Shown here piece by piece: positions 15,575 through 22,151 of a stretch of DNA of 22,151 nt (its first letter is position 1; each line of letters starts with the position of its first letter). The translations under genes were made by a program, and so were the position numbers. Under the pieces are notes generated by a model. That model did no database searches. It was not told the DNA's origin and saw only the letters and a program-made list of their open reading frames with translations. Origin of the DNA: Fibrobacteria bacterium (GTDB taxonomy: Bacteria; Fibrobacterota; Fibrobacteria; UBA11236); assembly GCA_043732185.1 (NCBI GenBank), contig JAYTHY010000115.1, positions 1 to 22,151 of the forward strand. Direction: 5' to 3'.

Positions 15575-16482
15575 GGGCTTCTGCTCTCCGGTAACGCGCC
15601 TGTGCCCGTACCCTGAATTTTCATGGAGATGTCCAGCGCGTGTACGCTATGCGTCAAAGCGCCCACGGAAATAAAATCAAGGCCCAAGTCCCGCAGTTGA
15701 GCCAGCCGCTCCAGGCTCATATTTCCACTCGCTTCCAGCTTCAAAGCGGGTGCGTTTTTTTTGGCCCATGCCACGGACTGTTGCAAAGTCTCATCATCCA
15801 TATTATCCAACAATACGGTATCCACATGGGCATTCAAAAGGGATTGCAACTCTTGCATGTTACTCACCTCCGCTTCCACCGGAAATCGCATTCCATATTC
15901 GGCATGTACTTTATCCACGGCGGCGCGCACCGAACCGCAGGCTGCTGCATGGTTGTCCTTGACCAATACGCGATCGTAAAGGCCCATGCGATGATTGGTT
16001 CCACCCCCCACGGCCACCGCATACTTGTCCAGCAATCGGTAACCGGGAAGGGTTTTGCGCGTATCGAGCAATCGCGTGTGGGTTCCCGACAGCGCCATGG
16101 CATGGGCACGGGTGGAAGTGGCGATACCGGAAAACCGCTGGAGAAAGTTCAATAGAATCCGTTCGCAAACCAGCAATGCACGCAAAGGACCTTCCAGCGT
16201 CATAAGCAATCGACCCGGCTCAACGGATTCGCCCTCTTGGCAATGCAGTGTGATTCTCGGCGCAAATCCCGCGTACCGGAAAACGCGTTCAACTAATGGC
16301 AATCCTGCGAGTACCCCAGCTTGCTTGCAGTATAAAGTTGCCGTTCCCCTAGCAGATTCTGCAATGGTCGCTATGGAGGTGATATCCCCTTGACCCACAT
16401 CTTCCTCAAAAGCCAATGGCAAAAGCCTGTCAAAGGCAGCAGTCGGAAAAAGCGGAAGGGAAGCCTGTGTGGATTCTGGCAT
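15571..16482 (-). CDS. nadC: Nicotinate-nucleotide diphosphorylase (quinolinate phosphoribosyltransferase)
   Basis: EDVGQGDITS, ERILLNFLQRFSGIAT, DTRKTLPG, HRMGLYD, KDNH, LLDNM, EASG and SVGALTHS. ATG 16482 is preferred over the upstream TTG. Confidence 0.96.
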   Translation of the reverse strand: MPESTQASLPLFPTAAFDRLLPLAFEEDVGQGDITSIATIAESARGTATLYCKQAGVLAGLPLVERVFRYAGFAPRITLHCQEGESVEPGRLLMTLEGPLRALLVCERILLNFLQRFSGIATSTRAHAMALSGTHTRLLDTRKTLPGYRLLDKYAVAVGGGTNHRMGLYDRVLVKDNHAAACGSVRAAVDKVHAEYGMRFPVEAEVSNMQELQSLLNAHVDTVLLDNMDDETLQQSVAWAKKNAPALKLEASGNMSLERLAQLRDLGLDFISVGALTHSVHALDISMKIQGTGTGALPESRSP

Positions 16483-16515
16483 AGTTGGATTAAGATAAGA
16501 TTTACTTTTCAACCC

Positions 16516-17025
16516 TTAAACATCTGCCGTCGAGGAAGTGATGGAGTCATTTTCAGCGCCATCCGCACGCTCAGCCGCATCCCTGGAAAAGGCTACAAAT
16601 CGCGCCCCGGCCGCAGTGGCAAGATCGGTGATTTCTTGGTCAAAGTCTTCGCTAAAAATATCGTGCATACGATAGACTTTGCCGCCATGGGTTTCAAATT
16701 CAACATAGGTGTAAGCATTGGGATAGGTGGCTAGGAATCCTTTGCGCAACTCCTTTTCTTCCACTCTGCGGACTTCCAGAATGTCCGCAAGTTTTAGTGC
16801 CACAGGTACCGTTTCAACCACATTCTCGGAAAACCAAATGGATTTATCATTCAATTCAATGCGCAGATTCCAGCGTGGCGCGTAATAGAAAATGACGCAT
16901 GCCAATAACAGAAAAACGCTTCCCGCCAACAGATGGATCGTCGCCAATAGCATCCCGCACAACAAAAACACAAAACCCATGCCGTAGCGCGAGTAATGCC
17001 GATTTTTCAAAGGTCGATGCAACAT
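16516..17025 (-). CDS. Hypothetical membrane protein (two N-terminal TM helices plus a soluble beta-rich domain)
   Basis: Hydrophobic hairpin at residues ~15-48; co-oriented with its neighbours and fills the gap between them. Confidence 0.7.
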   Translation of the reverse strand: MLHRPLKNRHYSRYGMGFVFLLCGMLLATIHLLAGSVFLLLACVIFYYAPRWNLRIELNDKSIWFSENVVETVPVALKLADILEVRRVEEKELRKGFLATYPNAYTYVEFETHGGKVYRMHDIFSEDFDQEITDLATAAGARFVAFSRDAAERADGAENDSITSSTADV

Positions 17026-17064
17026 GGATACCTGCGATGACCAAGGGTAGACGTAACGGGATCG

Positions 17065-18228
17065 TTACCTTTTCAACTTTTTCAATTCCGCTTCCACCAT
17101 TTCCCTGTTTTTACGCACCTTTTGGCTGACAGGCAGGCTGGGATAGTTGAAGAGGCAGCTATCGAGATACGCAGCGGTGCGTTGGAGCAGGATTGCTTTT
17201 ACGGAATCGGAAGTGGCCTTTTTAAAATCCTTGAAGGAACCGGCCGCCAGAGTCCTTTTCTCCTCGCAGAATCGTTCCCCGGTTTCCGTCTGACTTGCAG
17301 CCTTCGCGGCCTCCTCCGAACTAAGTGTCGCAGCGCCTGGGCTTCCGGACGCCGTACCCGCAGGATTACTTGCCACTCCTGGCAGTACCTTAGAAGTTTC
17401 CCCTGTGGGGGTTGTCGTTTCGGGTGGAACGGTTTGCGCTTGTTGTGATGCGGTCAAATGGCCGGCAAGCTTGTCCTTTTCCCAGGAACGATTCGCCAGT
17501 TTCTTTAATTCTCTTTGCAGCTTTACTTCCGGCACTTCGTCCAATAATCTCTTGACTTGTTTGGCGATGTCTTCGTGGTTGATTTCAGCCTGGTAACTTT
17601 CGTTGACTTGCTTGAGTCGTTTCTTGGTGGAATCCGGCAAAGCAGATTGCAAGGCATCGCCGAGCACCAGTCCCCATTGTGCTTCGTCCATCATGAAGGC
17701 CACGGAAGCCTTGCTTTGTACAATTTCTTTCCAACGCGCCCTGGCTTTTTGCCAATCCCCATCCTGAGCGCTCTTTTCTGCAATCCGAGACGCGGTGTGA
17801 AGGATCTCCTTTAAGGAAAGTTTTTCCTCATCGACCACTTTATAGACGCGCTCTCCGCCATCTTGTGATTTAATACCACCATGGCGCAAAGCATCCTCCA
17901 GCTTTTCAAAGGCTTGGCGGCCCTTTTTGAGGGTTGCCTTATCCAGCGTTTTGGGATCCGGATTTTTAAGCACCAGCATACGATAGCTGGTAAGCAAATC
18001 CAATATCAAAGCGTCCTCCGGAGTCTTGACGGCTCCCGCAAGGTCCGCAAGACCCTCTCCCCCATCCATTTTTATCGCTGGACTGGATGACGGGGCTTGC
18101 TTGGCCACAACCGGTTTAACATTGGATTTTGCACATCCACTTAGAATCCATGCAGCTATCAAAAAACTAGCGCACACGCTGATACGGGTTCGGACACGTT
18201 TTCTCGCAATCAAATAGTTCCCGGCCAT
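17065..18228 (-). CDS. Hypothetical helical lipoprotein
   Basis: GGAGG RBS, a basic N-region and an ILSG|C lipobox (Cys32). A helical body is followed by a Pro/Thr/Ser/Ala-rich linker and a C-terminal helical hairpin ending YPSLPVSQKV. Confidence 0.8.
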   Translation of the reverse strand: MAGNYLIARKRVRTRISVCASFLIAAWILSGCAKSNVKPVVAKQAPSSSPAIKMDGGEGLADLAGAVKTPEDALILDLLTSYRMLVLKNPDPKTLDKATLKKGRQAFEKLEDALRHGGIKSQDGGERVYKVVDEEKLSLKEILHTASRIAEKSAQDGDWQKARARWKEIVQSKASVAFMMDEAQWGLVLGDALQSALPDSTKKRLKQVNESYQAEINHEDIAKQVKRLLDEVPEVKLQRELKKLANRSWEKDKLAGHLTASQQAQTVPPETTTPTGETSKVLPGVASNPAGTASGSPGAATLSSEEAAKAASQTETGERFCEEKRTLAAGSFKDFKKATSDSVKAILLQRTAAYLDSCLFNYPSLPVSQKVRKNREMVEAELKKLKR

Positions 18229-18263
18229 CTTACCCTCCGCTCTCTACCGTGCTCATTATCCCA

Positions 18264-21200
18264 TTATTCTTCTCGGATTAGGATGGTCGTGTACCCGGCC
18301 GGATCCGTAGCTCCAGCGACGCCAACCAATTCGTCCGAGAGATCTTCCTGATAGCTTCCGGCTTGTGACTTGAGTGTTTCCTCATCCGCACCACGCAAGG
18401 GAAGGCCAGTGCGTTTGGACACCAGGTACCGGACATATTTTTCCTGTTGAAAGAGCGGCACTTGACCCGTTGACTGAATATCCAAATCCAGCAAATCGAC
18501 CCGTTCAGAAAAGGCGTCGATTTCCGCCACTGAGCGAGCCTGCATGATCCAGGCGGGTATTGCTACCGAGCTACCGGTGCCTTTAAATCCTTTTCGCAAC
18601 ATTGACACATTGTTATCGAAGCCCACGTAATCGCCAATCACATACCCGCTTTGAGAATCAAACCCCTTATTGACGCCTTTCGGTGCCGCAATGAAACCGA
18701 GGAATGCACCATTGCGATAGTCGTTTGTGGTTCCGGTTTTTCCAAATGCCGGCAATGGCAATTCCGGTCCCCCTTTTTCCCCCAAAGGAACTTTGAGATC
18801 CCTTCCGATTTGTTGGCCCGTACCCCCTTTAACAACACACCCCAGAATGGCCTCCAGCCCAAATCGGGTCCGCTCCGAAATTACCTTTTCCCGTTCGAGA
18901 TAATCCTCGTAAATCACCGTGCCGTCGTGGAGGCAGATTTTTTCAATAAAGAGCTGGTGCTCGCCGGACTTGGTCTGGTACACGTACCCATCCTTTAATG
19001 CTTGATACGCATTGAGTGCTTCACCTAAGGTGATCACGTTAACCCCAAGCGGAAAAGAAATGACCGGATCCAGTGGGGAGGTGATACCGAGTTTACGGCT
19101 GAAGTAGACGATATAGTGCAAAGCTGCCAACGCCCTAAAGTCCTGGGACGCGTATAAATTCTCCTTGGTATAGCCCGGCTGATCCCCTTCTCCGCGCGCA
19201 TCCAATTTGGCCAGCACTTTTTTAAGCGCAGCGATGCCTACATCGCCTTCCACCAGCACGGAATCGTTTGCCAGCCACGCGTCAGGTTCGGCAATCGGGA
19301 CCCAATCGGCGTCGGGGCGATCCAGAAAAATGCCTACCGCGCCTGAACGCGTGTGGCGCGCTACCGTAAAATGCACGGAACCATTTGCACGATTCTCCCA
19401 TTCGCGGGCTTCACGCGCATAGGCGAGAAAATTTCGGCCGAGTATACGGTAACGCAGCTCGTCTTCCTTATCGCCGGACCCGGCATATTTCTGTTGTTCC
19501 TTGGCATAGCCAAGGCCGTAGGGAAGCGATTTGAGGGCTTCCGCTTCGCCCACCCTACCTTCAAAAGTCAGATCAATGGCGAGATCGGATGTCTCTTTTT
19601 GATATTGCAGTTCCCGAGCCCTATCCTGATTGAGCACCAGTCCTAAAGAATCGCGGACGAAAATTTCAAATTCGCCCTGCATATTGAAATTCTCAGGTGA
19701 TAAACCGATTTCCTTCCCGATTTCCCAGAAACGCGCGAAGGGCGTTTTGTCAAAGAGATGAAAGAGCAAATAAATACTGGCGATATTTTCGGATCGACGC
19801 CCCGCCCATGCCATACTTACCGTATCCTCGGGAGCATGATCCGGTTTGGGAAAGTAGAACACGGACCCCATACGGAATAGTTGTCGGAAATTGGGTAGGG
19901 CATCAAGCGGCTTCCAACCCAACTCCAATGCTGCAGCATACACCAATGGTTTGAAGGCGGAACCGAATTGTCTACGCGCTTGATTGACCCGGTCATAGCC
20001 GGTATTCCCGTACCCTCCGACATTGGCCAACACCTTGCCATCCCTAAGAATTTGCGCACCACCTTGGATTTCCGGACGTTGTACTATTTCAAGAGTCACT
20101 GGGCCAATGGGTTGGGGATGCCCTTCCGGCTGAAAATGGAAAGGTGCGGCGCAGAGCACGTGACGTCCCACGGAAAAATAATTGGCAAGCACTTGAGCCC
20201 GCACAGTCGCACCTGGCATTTCAGCGACGCCGGTTTCATGCTGGTTCCAAAATTGGATAAACCGTCCCACCGCTTCAGGCGAAATCGAGGCGCGTACAGA
20301 ACCAAAGGACACTTCTATGGGTTGAAGCGATCCATCCTTTTTCGGCGATGGCGACACAGTGATGCGTCCGGTATAGAATTCACCAGGTATAAAGGAACTC
20401 ACTAAAGATACAGCGGTATCCTTAGGGGGATGATATCCGCGCAAGATGAGATCCAGCCGGGAAAGATTCGCATTGGTCGAATACTCCGTCGACCGCTGCA
20501 TATTGACATCCAAAGTGGTATAGACTTGCAAGCCATCCGTCATAAAATCAAGCACTTCGTTCTTGGTAAGAATGGCCTGGAGGACAGGAGATTCCAGCAA
20601 CTTTTTAACTTTGACCATATTGGTCGAAAGCGTAAACTGGAAAGCGCCGCGATGGAATTCCAGCTTTTGATGGGAAGCCTCGGTATATTGTTGCTTGTCA
20701 ATTTTTTGCAACTCAAACAATTGTTTGAGCACGTACGCCACGCGGTATTGTCCCTTTTTAAGGGCTATTTCCTTTTTGGCCGCTGTCTCTTGAATAAATG
20801 GATTGTACTGGTTGGGCCCTTTAACCGAACCGGCGATAAAGGCGCATTCCAACAGGTTTAAATTCGCGAGATCCTTATTGAAGAAATAACGCGCCGCGAT
20901 GCGCACGCCGTGTCCATTACCTGAAACAAAGAATTGGTTTAAGTAGAACTCCAGAATTTCCTGCTTGGAAAAATTACGTTCCAGTCGATAGGCATTAATG
21001 AGTTCTCGAAATTTCCCACTAAAGGTACGGCCTCGTCGATTAAAAAGATTCTTGGCGGTTTGCTGGGTCAAGGTGCTTCCGCCCCGGCGAAAACTTCCAT
21101 GCTTCAAATTGTCGAGCATGGCGTACGCGATGGCCTTTGGATCGATGCCTTTATGCTGAAAAAAATTATGGTCTTCCGCTGCAACGAGTGACTGAACTAA

Positions 21201-21455
21201 AATAGGCGGGATGGAATCGTATGGCACGTAATCGCGATGTTGGCCTTCATAAAAGTTCCCTACTTTGGACTTGCCATCCGAATAAAAAACGGTGCTCTCC
21301 ATGGAAAGGATCTGTAGGATACCGTCCCGCGTGAATGTGTTATTTGGATTTTGGCGAATTGTCGCTATGAATAAAAAAAAGGCTGGCAAGGCCGCGAGCG
21401 CGCCGGTGGCGAGGAGCCCAATTATTGCCCATTTTAGCGTTCTAAACATGCTCAT
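18264..21455 (-). CDS. Class A penicillin-binding protein (PBP1A-like transglycosylase/transpeptidase) with large insertions
   Basis: N-terminal TM anchor; GT51 motifs EDHNFFQHKG, GGSTLTQQTAKN and KQEILEFYLN; transpeptidase motifs SAFK, SEN and KTGT. The start is ATG 21455 or 21449 (the ORF track uses TTG 21467). Confidence 0.93.
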   Translation of the reverse strand: MSMFRTLKWAIIGLLATGALAALPAFFLFIATIRQNPNNTFTRDGILQILSMESTVFYSDGKSKVGNFYEGQHRDYVPYDSIPPILVQSLVAAEDHNFFQHKGIDPKAIAYAMLDNLKHGSFRRGGSTLTQQTAKNLFNRRGRTFSGKFRELINAYRLERNFSKQEILEFYLNQFFVSGNGHGVRIAARYFFNKDLANLNLLECAFIAGSVKGPNQYNPFIQETAAKKEIALKKGQYRVAYVLKQLFELQKIDKQQYTEASHQKLEFHRGAFQFTLSTNMVKVKKLLESPVLQAILTKNEVLDFMTDGLQVYTTLDVNMQRSTEYSTNANLSRLDLILRGYHPPKDTAVSLVSSFIPGEFYTGRITVSPSPKKDGSLQPIEVSFGSVRASISPEAVGRFIQFWNQHETGVAEMPGATVRAQVLANYFSVGRHVLCAAPFHFQPEGHPQPIGPVTLEIVQRPEIQGGAQILRDGKVLANVGGYGNTGYDRVNQARRQFGSAFKPLVYAAALELGWKPLDALPNFRQLFRMGSVFYFPKPDHAPEDTVSMAWAGRRSENIASIYLLFHLFDKTPFARFWEIGKEIGLSPENFNMQGEFEIFVRDSLGLVLNQDRARELQYQKETSDLAIDLTFEGRVGEAEALKSLPYGLGYAKEQQKYAGSGDKEDELRYRILGRNFLAYAREAREWENRANGSVHFTVARHTRSGAVGIFLDRPDADWVPIAEPDAWLANDSVLVEGDVGIAALKKVLAKLDARGEGDQPGYTKENLYASQDFRALAALHYIVYFSRKLGITSPLDPVISFPLGVNVITLGEALNAYQALKDGYVYQTKSGEHQLFIEKICLHDGTVIYEDYLEREKVISERTRFGLEAILGCVVKGGTGQQIGRDLKVPLGEKGGPELPLPAFGKTGTTNDYRNGAFLGFIAAPKGVNKGFDSQSGYVIGDYVGFDNNVSMLRKGFKGTGSSVAIPAWIMQARSVAEIDAFSERVDLLDLDIQSTGQVPLFQQEKYVRYLVSKRTGLPLRGADEETLKSQAGSYQEDLSDELVGVAGATDPAGYTTILIREE

Positions 21456-21458
21456 TCG

Positions 21459-21487
21459 ATGCCACAAATAGCAAAATTACCTATACT
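21459..21487 (+). promoter_or_regulatory. Probable sigma70-type promoter of the tRNA-Ser/gltX transcript
   Basis: ATGCCA (21459-21464), 17-nt spacer, TATACT (21482-21487). Confidence 0.5.
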
Positions 21488-21584
21488 TAGCACCTTTCCA
21501 GCTTTGCGAAGCCGCTAACACCAGACTCTGGTGCTAGCACCTGCCTATGGTTCCCGTTTCTAGAAAACGGGGTTTCCGTTGGAA

Positions 21585-21671
21585 GGAGGGGTGGCCGAGT
21601 GGCTTAAGGCGACGGTTTGCTAAATCGTTGTACTGTTACAGGTACCGGGGGTTCGAATCCCCCCTCCTCCG
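21585..21671 (+). tRNA. tRNA-Ser(GCT), CCA not encoded
   Basis: GGAGGGG/CTCCTCC acceptor stem, D-arm GCCGAGTGGCTTAAGGC, anticodon GCT at 21619-21621, long variable arm, GGGGG-TTCGAAT-CCCCC T-arm and discriminator G. Confidence 0.97.
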
Positions 21672-21761
21672 CCGCGGAATACTTGATTCCCGGCCGGCTT
21701 CGCAAACGCAGGACTTCCTACCGGATGTTCCGGTAATCCTTCGCAGCAACGGAAACCATCC

Positions 21762-22151
21762 ATGACCACGCAAGTAAAAGCCCGCGTACGATTCGCCCCC
21801 AGCCCTACCGGCTATCTCCATGTCGGAGGTGCCCGCACCGCAATCTTCAATTGGCTCTTTGCCAAACATGTGGGTGGAGATTTCCTGCTTCGCATCGAAG
21901 ACACCGATCAAGCCCGATACGATGAAAAAGCTTTCCACGAACTCATCGCCGATCTCAAATGGCTTGGACTCGATTGGAATGAAGGCCCGGAAGTGGGCGG
22001 ACCACATGCCCCCTATTTCCAAAGTCAACGCCTGCCGCTATACCATGAGCATGCCCAGCTACTGGTAACCGGTGGCCACGCCTATCCCTGCTTCTGCACT
22101 TCAGAAAGACTCGATGGTCTGCGCGAACAGCAGAAACTAAACAACTTGCCG
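21762..22151 (+). CDS. gltX: Glutamate--tRNA ligase, 5' part (runs off the window end)
   Basis: Hand translation gives [49 protein letters not shown]...[10 protein letters not shown]...AYPCFC, with the HIGH-type motif. Absent from the ORF track because no stop lies in the window. Confidence 0.96.
   Translation, partial: MTTQVKARVRFAPSPTGYLHVGGARTAIFNWLFAKHVGGDFLLRIEDTDQARYDEKAFHELIADLKWLGLDWNEGPEVGGPHAPYFQSQRLPLYHEHAQLLVTGGHAYPCFCTSERLDGLREQQKLNNLP

Noticed and set aside
21487..21541. TTAGCAC resembling a CIRCE (HrcA) element
   Set aside because: It lacks the TTAGCACTC-N9-GAGTGCTAA spacing and second arm, and no chaperone gene is adjacent.
21547..22068. ORFs 21547-21765, 21636-22028 and 21820-22068
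   Set aside because: They overlap tRNA-Ser or are out-of-frame or antisense shadows of gltX.
1..22151. CRISPR array, rRNA, integrase or core secretion-system genes
   Set aside because: No regularly spaced nucleotide repeats, rRNA-like sequence or diagnostic motifs were seen by eye.

Overview
A 22-kb bacterial chromosomal window, possibly from a Fibrobacterota-like diderm (inferred only from the style of the hypothetical lipoproteins), in two parts. The left part (1-~8550) is AT-richer and accessory. It holds the left end of an IS66 element inserted into an OLD/TOPRIM nuclease gene, a gene pair encoding a membrane-tailed exported protein and a ~1150-aa Ig-stalk/7-blade propeller lipoprotein, and a three-gene cassette (unknown cytoplasmic protein, lipoprotein, Tle2/TseL-like class-3 lipase) ending next to the 3' end of tRNA-Val(GAC). 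The right part is housekeeping. It holds a bioD-bioF-esterase-bioC operon, a convergent minus-strand run (class A PBP, lipoprotein, membrane protein, nadC, coaX, UDP-glucuronate decarboxylase, GNAT, J-domain-like protein), then tRNA-Ser(GCT) and the 5' part of gltX. Best leads: the orphan lipase effector/immunity/carrier cassette, the IS66-split OLD nuclease, an insert-bearing class A PBP next to a possible Lpo-like lipoprotein, and a long-range RNA pairing linking the tRNA-Ser 5' end to the gltX initiation region. All product calls rest on motif recognition by eye; no searches were run.
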